Source of the DNA: an uncultured delta proteobacterium
Lineage (GTDB): Bacteria > Desulfobacterota > Desulfobacteria > Desulfobacterales > Desulfatirhabdiaceae
Assembly: GCA_963789395.1 (NCBI GenBank)
Contig: CAWBKP010000021.1
Coordinates: 32,001 to 96,000 of the forward strand
Direction of reading: 5' to 3'
DNA: 64,000 nt
Both the position numbers and the translations under genes were made by a program. The notes under the pieces were generated by a model, which saw nothing but the letters and a program-made list of their open reading frames with translations, ran no database searches and was not told the DNA's origin. Positions 41,384-51,128 of this stretch are shown piece by piece (within the stretch, counting starts at the first letter, position 1; each line of letters starts with the position of its first letter).

Positions 41384-41776
41384 ATGAAGATTATGGTTGC
41401 ATTTGATGGAACAAATGTTTCCAATGAAGCTGTGAAAACCGGCATAAAATATGCGTCCGCCCTGAATGCCAAGGTATATCTGGTGATGTCGATGGTAGGC
41501 GGACCGGAAGTACCGCGCCAGGAATTTGTCAAGCATGAGCATCTCCTGGATTTTGCCCAGTCACAGTTCATGGATGCGAAAATTCCCTGCGAAACCCATC
41601 TGTCGGTTCGCGGATTGGAGGCGGGCGAGGATCTGGTTCAGTTCGCCAGGGAAAATGAAATCGATTTGATTGTTATCGGGGTCCGGCGAAGATCCAAAGT
41701 CGGGAAGATCGTTTTTGGGTCAACTGCCCAGTATGTTGTCCTGAAAGCCCATTGCCCGGTATTGTCGGTGAAATAG
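41384..41776 (+). CDS. Universal stress protein
   Basis: IMVAFDG, IDLIVIG, FGSTAQYVV, CPVLSV. Confidence 0.93.
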   Translation: MKIMVAFDGTNVSNEAVKTGIKYASALNAKVYLVMSMVGGPEVPRQEFVKHEHLLDFAQSQFMDAKIPCETHLSVRGLEAGEDLVQFARENEIDLIVIGVRRRSKVGKIVFGSTAQYVVLKAHCPVLSVK

Positions 41777-41780
41777 GTAA

Positions 41781-43469
41781 GTGTTTTTACCTACGACGCC
41801 GGAAGAAGTCGAATCACTGGGGTGGCATCATCTTGATGTGATTCTGATTACCGGCGACAGTTATGTGGACAGTCCCTTTATCGGTGCGGCGGTCATCGGA
41901 AAAGTCCTTTTGCGGCAGGGATATCGGGTGGGCGTCATTGCGCAGCCGGATATCCACTCCGGAAGTGATATCACCCGGCTGGGGGAGCCGCTGTTGTTCT
42001 GGGGAGTGACGTCCGGCAGCGTGGACTCGATGGTGGCCAATTATACGGCAACCGGAAAACGCCGGAAACAAGACGACTATACCCCCGGAGGCATCAACGA
42101 CCGCAGGCCGGACCGGGCGCTCATCGTTTATTCAAATCTCATCCGCAGATTTTTCAAGCCCACCGTCCCCATCGTCCTGGGCGGCATCGAAGCCAGTCTC
42201 AGGCGGATACCCCATTACGATTGCTGGTCAAATGCCATCCGCAGATCCATCCTTTTTGACGCAAAGGCCGATATCCTCATTTATGGGATGGGGGAGAAGG
42301 CGGTGCTGTCTCTTGCCGGCACATTAGAGCGCCGCGAATCCAACGCGGAAATCTGCGGTATCTGTTATATTGCCGGCGGCGCCCGATCTGACTACATCGA
42401 AATGGAGCCATTCGAGAAGGTGTCGGCAGATCCTCCAGCCTTTTCACGGATGTTTCAGCTTTTTTATCAGAACAATGACCCGTTGACAGCCAAAGGATTG
42501 TGCCAGAAACACGGGGCCCGGTATCTTATCCACACCCCCCCCTGTCTGCCGCTTTCTCAGTCTGAAATGGATGCGGTCCATGATCTGGACTATGAGCGGG
42601 ATCTGCATCCATATTATCGGAAACAGGGGGATGTCCGGGCACTTGATACCATCCGCTTTTCAGTTTCCACGCACAGAGGCTGTTACGGTGAGTGCGGTTT
42701 CTGCGCCATTGCCGTGCATCAGGGCAGGAGCGTTCAATCGCGAAGTCAGGCCTCCATTTTGCGCGAGGTGGAAAAAATCACCACCCATCCGGCGTTTAAA
42801 GGCATCATTTCAGATGTCGGCGGGCCGACGGCGAACATGTATGGATTCGAATGCCGGAAAAAGCAGGCCAAGGGTGCATGCAAGGATAAACGGTGCGTGC
42901 ACCCCGGTATCTGTGATCAACTCAAGGTGGATCACCGTCACCAGATCGAGCTGCTTCGGGCGATTCGGGGAATAAAGGCTGTCCGCCATGTTTTTGTGGC
43001 TTCCGGAATCCGGTATGATCTGATTCTTTCCGACCGGAAAAACGGGCTGCACTATCTAACCGAAGTGTTGCAGTACCATACTTCCGGCCAGATGAAAATC
43101 GCACCTGAGCACACGGAAAGCGACGTGCTCGATCTGATGGGAAAACCCGGAATGGACAGTCTGATCGCATTCAAGCGCATGTTTGATGCGGTCTGCAATA
43201 AATCGGGAAAGCAGCGCTATCTGACGTATTATTTCATGGCTGCGCATCCCGGTTGCACAAATGTCCACATGAGCCGGCTGAAAACATTCGTGTCCCGTCA
43301 TCTTCGCCTGATTCCCGAGCAGGTCCAAATCTTCACTCCCACGCCGTCGACGGTTTCAACCCTGATGTACCATACCGGCGTTGATCCGGCTACCGGTGCG
43401 CCGGTTTTCTGTGAAAAACAGGTCAAGAAAAAAGAAAAACAAAAACACATACTGTTGAAACGATCATGA
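41781..43469 (+). CDS. ygiQ: YgiQ (UPF0313) family radical SAM protein
   Basis: FLPTT, GDSYVDSP, DSMVANYT, HRGCYGECGFC, DVGGPTANMY, YFMAAHPG. Confidence 0.92.
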   Translation: MFLPTTPEEVESLGWHHLDVILITGDSYVDSPFIGAAVIGKVLLRQGYRVGVIAQPDIHSGSDITRLGEPLLFWGVTSGSVDSMVANYTATGKRRKQDDYTPGGINDRRPDRALIVYSNLIRRFFKPTVPIVLGGIEASLRRIPHYDCWSNAIRRSILFDAKADILIYGMGEKAVLSLAGTLERRESNAEICGICYIAGGARSDYIEMEPFEKVSADPPAFSRMFQLFYQNNDPLTAKGLCQKHGARYLIHTPPCLPLSQSEMDAVHDLDYERDLHPYYRKQGDVRALDTIRFSVSTHRGCYGECGFCAIAVHQGRSVQSRSQASILREVEKITTHPAFKGIISDVGGPTANMYGFECRKKQAKGACKDKRCVHPGICDQLKVDHRHQIELLRAIRGIKAVRHVFVASGIRYDLILSDRKNGLHYLTEVLQYHTSGQMKIAPEHTESDVLDLMGKPGMDSLIAFKRMFDAVCNKSGKQRYLTYYFMAAHPGCTNVHMSRLKTFVSRHLRLIPEQVQIFTPTPSTVSTLMYHTGVDPATGAPVFCEKQVKKKEKQKHILLKRS

Positions 43470-45718
43470 CCCTTCCGATTTCCTTTACCGTTTCCGGTTT
43501 CCATGCGGAATCCATCGAACTGACTGAATCCTTTATGGATACCGCCTTGCGGTTTGCTGCAGTTCCCGGAACCGTCCTGCTGATGAGCGGAACCGGGCTG
43601 GACTGTGCCCGGTATCATATGCTGGGCATCAGACCCTGGCTGTCACTTACCGGAAGGGACCAGCGCCTTTTGCTCACGGTCCATGACAAGGTTCATCCTG
43701 TTGCCGAAAATCCATTTGATGTGCTGCGGCAGATCCTGCGCCGGTTTCATTTCAGTGCCGCTGATGCGGATGTTCAGCTGCCGGTCGGGGCCGGTCTGAT
43801 GGGATATCTTGCGTATGATCTGAAGGACTGTCTGGAAAAATTGCCCAGAACATCCGTGGATGATCTGGGGCTGCCGCATATCTGTCTGTACGCGCCATCG
43901 GTGATCCTTGTCCAGGACAGGGTCAGCCGGAAAAGCTGGATAAGCGTGCCTGTCTTCACCGGGACAGGCGGATCGATGGGTTCCGGCAACCTGGAAGGGT
44001 TTCACAAGGAGCTGTCCCGGCCATTGCCGGAAGATGAAGATTTTTCCGCGGGTGCCGGCGGATTTTCATCCAGTTTTACCCGGCCGGATTATATTCGGGC
44101 CGTTGACACCATCAAGGAATATATCCGGTCCGGGGATGTCTATCAGGTCAACATGTCCCAGCGGTTTTCAACCGGATTTCAGGGAAATCCATTCCGGCTG
44201 TTTCAATCCCTGTATGCGCGCAATCCCGCACCGTTTTTTGCCTATATTCAGGCAGGAGACCACCAGATCATCTCCACATCGCCGGAGCGCTTTGTTTATC
44301 GAAACGGCGACAGGGTGGAAACCCGACCGATCAAGGGAACCCGGCCACGGGGAAATACCGAAGCGGAGGATCGTCGTTTAAAAAATGAGCTTTCCGAAAG
44401 TCTCAAGGACGATGCGGAACTGTCCATGATCGTGGATCTGCTGCGAAATGACATCGGAAAAGTCTGCCGGCCCGGCTCGGTTCGCGTTGCCGTCCACAAG
44501 CGGGTTGAGGCCTACCAGAATGTTTATCACCTGGTTTCGGATGTGGAAGGCATTCTGGATTCCGGTATGGATTCCGTGGACCTCCTGCGGGCTGCCTTTC
44601 CCGGGGGGTCCATCACGGGTTGCCCCAAGATACGGGCCATGGAAATCATTGATGAGATGGAGCCGGTCCGCCGGCATATCTATACCGGATCGATCGGATA
44701 CATCAGCTTCCATGATACCCTGGATCTTTCCATTGCCATTCGGACAGCGACTGTTTTCAAGGGGAAAATGCTGTTTTCCGTTGGCGGGGGCATTGTTTTT
44801 GACTCGGATCCATCGGATGAATATGCGGAAACCCTGCACAAGGGAAAGACCCTGACGGGGGTGTTGACGGATAAAAAAGCCCATCCCGTTGCCTGCCCGG
44901 TGGTCTGGATAAACGGCGTTCTTGTGCCGCAGGAAGAGGCCCGCCTGCCAGTGGCAGGTCACGGATTGCAGTACGGCTATGGTCTTTTTGAAACAATCCG
45001 GACGGTAAACGGCACACCCTGCTTTCTTCAGGATCATCTCAGGCGGTTTGAAGATTCCTGGAAAGTGCTGTTTAAAAGCGATCCCCCGGACATTTCCTGG
45101 TCCGATGTCATTTCTCAGGTCTTATGCGCCAATCAGCTTCAAGATACAGTTGCAGCGGTCAAGATGATGGCTGTAAAGGGGGAAGAACCATCCGGTTATT
45201 TAAACTGCCATCTTGTCGTCATGGCGCGCGCCTACACCCATCGCCTGGAGATGCTCCAGTCGGATGGACTCAGGCTTCTGAGCTATCCCGAGCCCCGGCA
45301 GACTCCGCTGGCTGGCCATAAAACGACAAATTATCTATATTATTTTCTTGCCGGCAACTGGGCAAGAGAAAACAATGCTGACGAAGCCCTCATCCTGAAT
45401 CCGGATGGATCTGTTTCCGAGACCAATACCGCCGGCCTTCTGGTAATTTCCGGAAAAGAGCTGATCCGGCCGGTATCGATCCATGTTCTTCCGGGAATTA
45501 TGTCTGCAAGGGTTTGTGAGATATTTGGACAATGGGGATATGAGATCATTGACCGGCCGCTCGTGACGCAGGATCTCCATGCCGCGGATCATGTGCTGCT
45601 GACCAACGCGCTGATGGGTGCGGTTCCGGTTAAAGTCCTTGATGAAAAGCCCCTGGTTTGTGCAACCGATATCTGCCGGCGGATCAACAGGCAGGTGCTC
45701 TGGCCGCATCAGGAATAA
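43466..45718 (+). CDS. pabB: Aminodeoxychorismate synthase component I fused to a class IV aminotransferase/ADC lyase (PabB-PabC)
   Basis: GDVYQVN, SPERF, RPIKGTR, MIVDLLRND, FPGGSITGCPK; then YGYGLFETIR, GHKTTNY, LPGI, LTNAL. Confidence 0.92.
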   Translation: MTLPISFTVSGFHAESIELTESFMDTALRFAAVPGTVLLMSGTGLDCARYHMLGIRPWLSLTGRDQRLLLTVHDKVHPVAENPFDVLRQILRRFHFSAADADVQLPVGAGLMGYLAYDLKDCLEKLPRTSVDDLGLPHICLYAPSVILVQDRVSRKSWISVPVFTGTGGSMGSGNLEGFHKELSRPLPEDEDFSAGAGGFSSSFTRPDYIRAVDTIKEYIRSGDVYQVNMSQRFSTGFQGNPFRLFQSLYARNPAPFFAYIQAGDHQIISTSPERFVYRNGDRVETRPIKGTRPRGNTEAEDRRLKNELSESLKDDAELSMIVDLLRNDIGKVCRPGSVRVAVHKRVEAYQNVYHLVSDVEGILDSGMDSVDLLRAAFPGGSITGCPKIRAMEIIDEMEPVRRHIYTGSIGYISFHDTLDLSIAIRTATVFKGKMLFSVGGGIVFDSDPSDEYAETLHKGKTLTGVLTDKKAHPVACPVVWINGVLVPQEEARLPVAGHGLQYGYGLFETIRTVNGTPCFLQDHLRRFEDSWKVLFKSDPPDISWSDVISQVLCANQLQDTVAAVKMMAVKGEEPSGYLNCHLVVMARAYTHRLEMLQSDGLRLLSYPEPRQTPLAGHKTTNYLYYFLAGNWARENNADEALILNPDGSVSETNTAGLLVISGKELIRPVSIHVLPGIMSARVCEIFGQWGYEIIDRPLVTQDLHAADHVLLTNALMGAVPVKVLDEKPLVCATDICRRINRQVLWPHQE

Positions 45719-46770
45719 ATTACATTTATGGGCAGAGGTGGATACTTCCATATTCCGGGCCTTGGTATAATGTGCTGGCTGGCAACGGTCTGCCAGTAAA
45801 GGTCCGGCTTCAGTTCTCGAAGTTTTCCGTCTTCCGGGAATCGGGCCTGGTTGGTGTAGGAATAGGTTGCCTGAAAAATGCAGACGCCGTATCCTTTTTT
45901 CCGGTTGACGACATAATTCCTGTAAAATGTTGTGAGGGGGAGATGGTGGGTCTGGGCAACGGATTCCATCTCTGCATTGCTGAGTTTTAAAAGGATATAT
46001 TTGGAAGCCCCCCGTTCGGAAATGCGTATCAGGGACCGGGATTCGCTGCTGCCCACATAGACGGTGGTGATGCAGGGGATGCGTTTCAAGTACTGGGCGG
46101 CAACGATCGCCGCGGTGCGTCTGCCGCCGGCCATCAATGGAAGGCCATGGTATTCAAAAAATTTCTTTTGAATGTCCTCGGCATATTTATCGCCTTTTTC
46201 ATAAAGATCTTTTGAAATATAGCGAAGGTTCAGGGCCAGGTTTTCGGCGGCTTCGGCAATGGGCCAGTCAATCCGGACATGAAAATGCGACAGGCAGTAC
46301 CGGTCCCGGTTCCGGGATGACGGATCTCTCTGGATCAGAAGGGAGTAATCCACAGGCAGCAGGATTCGTAAAAAATCCACAAAATGAACGGATTCGAAAT
46401 ACTTCTGGTTCCGGTCAAAGGAGTCGGACAGCGGAAGGGTTTTGGATTTCAGCAGATTGATTTTGGTGGTCTTGTTTTCGTCAAAAAACCGGATGTATTT
46501 CTTGCAGGATGCCGGAATGGTATCCTCGACGAAAATGACCAGAAATGCATTCTGGCATTCGTATTCGATGTCCGGAATCCGGGCCCGGGGCTTAAGTTCC
46601 CGTTTTTCGACAAAGGGAAATGCCAGCTTTTTGCAGTTAAAATTATTGTAGGAATCAATCAGTCCATACTGGATCATCTGCTGATCAAGCTCATCTCTTA
46701 AGAGTTCGTAATAGGATCGTCTCAAGCGGTTTGCCTGGCTGAGCTCTTCGCGAATGCTCCAGAATGTCAA
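45709..46770 (-). CDS. Hypothetical protein, 353 aa
   Basis: RBS AGGAG before the TTG start; long intact ORF with no family I recognise. Confidence 0.8.
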   Translation of the reverse strand: MTFWSIREELSQANRLRRSYYELLRDELDQQMIQYGLIDSYNNFNCKKLAFPFVEKRELKPRARIPDIEYECQNAFLVIFVEDTIPASCKKYIRFFDENKTTKINLLKSKTLPLSDSFDRNQKYFESVHFVDFLRILLPVDYSLLIQRDPSSRNRDRYCLSHFHVRIDWPIAEAAENLALNLRYISKDLYEKGDKYAEDIQKKFFEYHGLPLMAGGRRTAAIVAAQYLKRIPCITTVYVGSSESRSLIRISERGASKYILLKLSNAEMESVAQTHHLPLTTFYRNYVVNRKKGYGVCIFQATYSYTNQARFPEDGKLRELKPDLYWQTVASQHIIPRPGIWKYPPLPINVIYS

Positions 46771-46826
46771 GGAACTCTCCTTTAATAAATATAAGTAATG
46801 TTTAAACGGAACACCTGATAAATATT

Positions 46827-46955
46827 AAATTCGAAATCCGAAGCACGAAATTCGAAAAATGATCAACATCATAATGCTCAAAACGATGTATTTTCAGCTT
46901 GAACTATCAGACTTTTAGACATTTGAATTTGTTTCGGATTTCAATATTCGAATTT
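46827..46955. repeat. AT-rich imperfect palindrome built from heptamers
   Basis: Left AAATTCG-AAATCCG-AAGCACG-AAATTCG; right CGGATTT-CAATATT-CGAATTT; related sequence at 56482-56524 and 61737-61770. Confidence 0.7.
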
Positions 46956-47002
46956 TTCTCGAAAATAGTTGCTACCACCAATTGTCCCAAGGGTCAAGCC
47001 CT

Positions 47003-47695
47003 TCATTTGCCGTTCAGTTTTTCCATCCACTTGTACAGATTTTCCTTGTATCGGTAGGATAAATACGCAGATACCAGGCAGATCACGGTGATGATCCCCA
47101 TCAGGACATACTCTTGTTCATACAGGGAAGCGCCTTGAACACTGAGCGCCAGGGTGCCGGGCATGCGCCCGAAGGTTGCCATGACAAAAAAAAGTTTTAA
47201 TGGGATATCGCTGACGCCCAGAAACAGACACAGGTAATCCTTTGGAAATCCGGGAAACAAAAAACAGATAAACAGGACAATGGCGCCTTGCCGGTGAACG
47301 AGCCTGTCGATGTTTTTTAACTGGCTTGCCGGAATCATTTTCCGGATAAACTGCTTTCCCAGCAACCGGCCGATGCCGAAATTGATCAGGGAGCCGACTG
47401 TCAGGCCGATGCTGGAGTAAAAAAAACCCTTAAATGCGCCAAAGAGAAACCCGCCGATAAAACCGGTTGCTTCTCCGGGAATGGGTGCAAGGACCACCTG
47501 AAGGATCTGAATCCCGGTAAAGATGAGCGGTGCAGCCATTCCCCAGGAAAGAATATAGGCCTGTACAGCCTCCCGATCTGTCAGGACATCGTAGATATGA
47601 ATGATCAGTTTCCAGATCGGGATTCTAAAATAATAACCCGCAAGCATCAAAAATCCAAGAGCCGTTGCGGAAATGAATTTTGCTTTCCGGGTCAT
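47003..47695 (-). CDS. TVP38/TMEM64 (DedA/VTT) family membrane protein
   Basis: LQVVLAPIPGE, GFLFG, FPGFPKD, GRMPG. Confidence 0.9.
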   Translation of the reverse strand: MTRKAKFISATALGFLMLAGYYFRIPIWKLIIHIYDVLTDREAVQAYILSWGMAAPLIFTGIQILQVVLAPIPGEATGFIGGFLFGAFKGFFYSSIGLTVGSLINFGIGRLLGKQFIRKMIPASQLKNIDRLVHRQGAIVLFICFLFPGFPKDYLCLFLGVSDIPLKLFFVMATFGRMPGTLALSVQGASLYEQEYVLMGIITVICLVSAYLSYRYKENLYKWMEKLNGK

Positions 47696-48888
47696 TTATT
47701 GCTTTGGGAAATGGACTCAAGGGCTGCCACACCCGGCAGACTTTTTCCTTCCAGAAGCTCCAGAAATGCGCCGCCGCCGGTTGAAATGTACGTGATCTGG
47801 TCGGCCTTGCCCGAGCGGTGAATGGCGGCATCGGTATCGCCGCCGCCGACAATGGTGATGGCGCCGGATGCCGTTACATGGCTCACCATGTCATACGTCC
47901 CCTTGCTGAAAGGCGCCATTTCAAAAACTCCCATGGGGCCGTTCCAGACAATGGTTTTGGCGCCCTGAAGCGCTTCGGCGTATAAAAGGGAAGTAGCCGG
48001 ACCGATATCCAGAATCATCTGATCGGCCGGGATTTCCTGAACCGGAAAAACCGCGGTGGCAGCGGTCGCTTCAACCTGACCGGCGGTGATCCCGTCCACG
48101 GGAAGATAAATCCTGACTCCTTTTTCCGATGCTTTTTGGAGAATGGTTCGAGCGGTTTCGATCAATTCGGTTTCCACCAGGGATTTTCCGGTGGAAAGTC
48201 CCTGTGCCCTGAGGAACGTGTTGGCCATGGCGCCGCCGATGATGATCTTGTCCACATGAAGGAGCATGTTTTCGAGGGCGGCCAGCTTGCTGGAAACCTT
48301 TGCGCCGCCGATAACGGCAACCAGGGGCCGCTCCGGCGTGGTCATGGCTTTATTAAAATAATCGATCTCGTTTTTCAGCAGGAATCCGGCAACGGACTGG
48401 GGCGCAAACCGGGTGATGGCTTCAACCGATGCATTGGCCCGGTGGGACACTGCAAACGCGTCATTGACATAAACATCGCACAGCCCGGCAAGAGATTTGG
48501 CAAAGCTGTCCGCGTTTTTTTCCTCTTCCGGATGAAACCGGAGATTTTCAAGAACCACTATGTCTCCGGGTTTCATGGCTGCAATCATGTCTTCGACAGA
48601 TTTCCCCACGCAATCCGCGGCCAGTTGAACCGGCTGATTCAATAGCATGCTCAGCCGCTCTGCCGCCGGTTTCAGGCTGAATTCCGGAGAAACCTTTCCC
48701 TTGGGTCTTCCCAGGTGGGAGGCGACGATGATTTTTGCCTGTTGACCCAGGGCGTACTTCAGTGTCGGCAGCACGCCCTGAATTCGGGAATCATCGGTGA
48801 TCTGCAGCTGTTTATCGAGCGGCACATTGAAATCAACCCGGATCAACAGCCGTTTTCCGGCAATCGCAATATCTTTAATCGTTTTCAT
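47692..48888 (-). CDS. pgk: Phosphoglycerate kinase
   Basis: RVDFNVP, SHLGRP, LENLRF, GGAKVSSK, WNGPMGVFE, STGGGA. Confidence 0.98.
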   Translation of the reverse strand: MKTIKDIAIAGKRLLIRVDFNVPLDKQLQITDDSRIQGVLPTLKYALGQQAKIIVASHLGRPKGKVSPEFSLKPAAERLSMLLNQPVQLAADCVGKSVEDMIAAMKPGDIVVLENLRFHPEEEKNADSFAKSLAGLCDVYVNDAFAVSHRANASVEAITRFAPQSVAGFLLKNEIDYFNKAMTTPERPLVAVIGGAKVSSKLAALENMLLHVDKIIIGGAMANTFLRAQGLSTGKSLVETELIETARTILQKASEKGVRIYLPVDGITAGQVEATAATAVFPVQEIPADQMILDIGPATSLLYAEALQGAKTIVWNGPMGVFEMAPFSKGTYDMVSHVTASGAITIVGGGDTDAAIHRSGKADQITYISTGGGAFLELLEGKSLPGVAALESISQSNK

Positions 48889-48891
48889 GAC

Positions 48892-49164
48892 TCACCCCTT
48901 TTTTGCTGATAGTCGTCTTTGAAGATCTTTTTTTCGGGACCATCTTCCCAGAAAGCCGAGCATGCCGGCTGCATAGGCCCTGTCCACATTTTTTTCCTGA
49001 AGCGTCAATCCGCCGGCTCCGGCCATTGCCGCGCGCAAACATTCGGTTTTATGACAGCAGGGAACGCAGGACTCCGGAGAGTTTCGCAGTCCGTCTTCGC
49101 CTTCGGGAAAGACTTTTTCAAGTTTGCCAAAACAATATGGCAAAGGAGATGATGATTGTTGCAT
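48892..49164 (-). CDS. Small Cys-rich hypothetical protein
   Basis: Fills the radC-pgk gap co-directionally; CFG...PESCVPCCHKTECL. Confidence 0.7.
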   Translation of the reverse strand: MQQSSSPLPYCFGKLEKVFPEGEDGLRNSPESCVPCCHKTECLRAAMAGAGGLTLQEKNVDRAYAAGMLGFLGRWSRKKDLQRRLSAKKG

Positions 49165-49186
49165 GATCCTGTCTACCTAAACGTCA

Positions 49187-49977
49187 TTATATGTTAAGCG
49201 ATTCCATTTCACGGTATATTCTGGCGATATGCCCCTCATCCGCAAAGCTGAAATACCGGTTTTCCCCGATGACAATGTGTTCATGGACCGTAATTCCCAT
49301 GATGTCGCAGCAGAAAATCAGTTTTCGGGTAATGGCCATGTCATCGGAAGATGGCGCAGGGTCTCCGGATGGATGGTTGTGGGCGAAAATCACTGCCGCG
49401 GCATGGTGGTTCAGAGCGGACTGAATGACTTCCCGGGGATAGACCGCTGTTGTCGATAAGGATCCTTCAAAAAGCGTTTCAATGCCGAGGACCTGGTTTT
49501 TGGCATCCAGATGAATCACTTTAAAGCATTCACGGCTTTTATCCCGCAGGTTGTAATAAAGATAGTCAAAAAGGCCTTGGAATGCGAGATAACGTCTTTT
49601 TGGGTGATCCGTTTTTCCAGATACCGCTCGGCAACCGCCTGTATCAATTTGATGCCGAAGATATTCTGGGGGCCGATTCCGGCAATCTCCTGAAGCGATT
49701 CCGGTGCAGCCTCCAAAACTCCCTGAAGGGTTTTGAAACGTGTAAGCGCAGCCTTGGCGATTTCCTTGCAGTCTCTTCGGGGCGTGGCCAGTGTCAGCAG
49801 CATCTCGATCACTTCATAATCGTGAAAACCCGAAAGACCGGATTCCAGAAACTTGTCCCGCAGCCGCCCCCGATGCCCTTCGGCCTTGTGCCGGAATATC
49901 CGGACTCCGGGAGGAACCGTTGCCGGCTCATCCTGAACTTCCGAAGAATATTCGCTGACAGATGATTTCCGGGGCAT
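49187..49977 (-). CDS. radC: RadC (JAB domain) protein; apparent frameshift about 49570
   Basis: GHRGRLRDKF, PRRDCK, HhH motif IAGIGP; then VYPREV, AHNHPSGDPAPS, HEHIVIG. Confidence 0.92.
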
Positions 49978-50054
49978 ATTGTCTCCCCTTGTGTTGATGG
50001 TTCAGAACATGTCCAGACGGCAGGCTAATGATGACAGACATCTGCCGCCTGTCA

Positions 50055-51128
50055 TCAGTCATCAATTTCCTGTTTCAGATCCCGTGTCATGAGTTGATAT
50101 ACAGCCTCTTTGGGGGACAGTCCCTCATAGAGAATAAAATATACCGCATGAGAGATGGGCATTTCAACTCCGAGTTCACAGGAAAGATTGTACACCGATT
50201 CGGCGGTCTTAACCCCTTCTGCCACTGTGCGGGTTCCTGAAAGAATATCCTGTAAACTGTTTCCTTCTCCGATTTTTTTACCCACCGTATGATTTCGGCT
50301 TAGATCGCCGGTGCAGGTCAGAATCAGATCCCCGACTCCGGCAAGTCCGGCAAATGTGTGGGGATTGGCGCCAAGTCTCAGCCCCAGCCGGCGGATTTCG
50401 GCAAGACCCCGTGTAATCAATGCCGCGCGGGTATTCAGGCCCAGCCCAAGACCGTCGATGATTCCCGCGGCAATCGCAATGACATTTTTTACAGAGCCGC
50501 CAAGCTCTACGCCGATGACGTCATCATGGGTATAGACCCTGAAGGCCGGCGTGGCAAAAACATGCTGGACCTGCGTTGCCGATTCGGGATCTTTTGAAGC
50601 GACCGTGACAACCGTCGGAGACTTCAGCGCCACTTCCCTGGCAAAGCTGGGGCCGGATAGAACGGCAATCCGGTTTTCGGAAACATGGGGAAGGGTCTGG
50701 GCCAGAACTCCGCTCATAGTCAGATGGGTCTTGTTCTCGATACCTTTGGATGCCGATACGATCAGGGTGCTGTCCGGCACGTCACCGGCCATGCGCTGGG
50801 AAACCGCCCGCATCAGATGCGAAGGCACCACCATCAACACCAGATCTTTGCCCGAAACTGCCTGTTTGAGATCCCCGGTCGGGTTCAGTCGCTCGGACAG
50901 GGGAATGCCGGGAAGAAATATCCGGTTTTCCCGAAATTTCTGAATCTGGGATCGCACTTCTTCTTCAAACACCCAGAAATCGACGGCATAGCCTTTGGTT
51001 CCCAGAAGATTGGCCAGAGCCGTACCCCAGCTTCCGCCCCCGACCACGCCGATATTTATATCAAGGGGACTCAACAGGGGCCCCTGAATCATTTGATTCA
51101 TCTGATTCGTCTGGTTCACCGGATTCAT
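50055..51128 (-). CDS. gpsA: NAD(P)H-dependent glycerol-3-phosphate dehydrogenase
   Basis: [40 protein letters not shown]. Confidence 0.96.
   Translation of the reverse strand: MNPVNQTNQMNQMIQGPLLSPLDINIGVVGGGSWGTALANLLGTKGYAVDFWVFEEEVRSQIQKFRENRIFLPGIPLSERLNPTGDLKQAVSGKDLVLMVVPSHLMRAVSQRMAGDVPDSTLIVSASKGIENKTHLTMSGVLAQTLPHVSENRIAVLSGPSFAREVALKSPTVVTVASKDPESATQVQHVFATPAFRVYTHDDVIGVELGGSVKNVIAIAAGIIDGLGLGLNTRAALITRGLAEIRRLGLRLGANPHTFAGLAGVGDLILTCTGDLSRNHTVGKKIGEGNSLQDILSGTRTVAEGVKTAESVYNLSCELGVEMPISHAVYFILYEGLSPKEAVYQLMTRDLKQEIDD

Noticed and set aside
43466..45718. PabB-PabC fusion and the MoeA-PBP fusion (19708-21633) as novelties
   Set aside because: Both are known, widespread architectures
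49187..49977. radC as a marker of a mobile element
   Set aside because: Full-length HhH+JAB chromosomal type embedded in the gyrA-gpsA-radC-pgk housekeeping run
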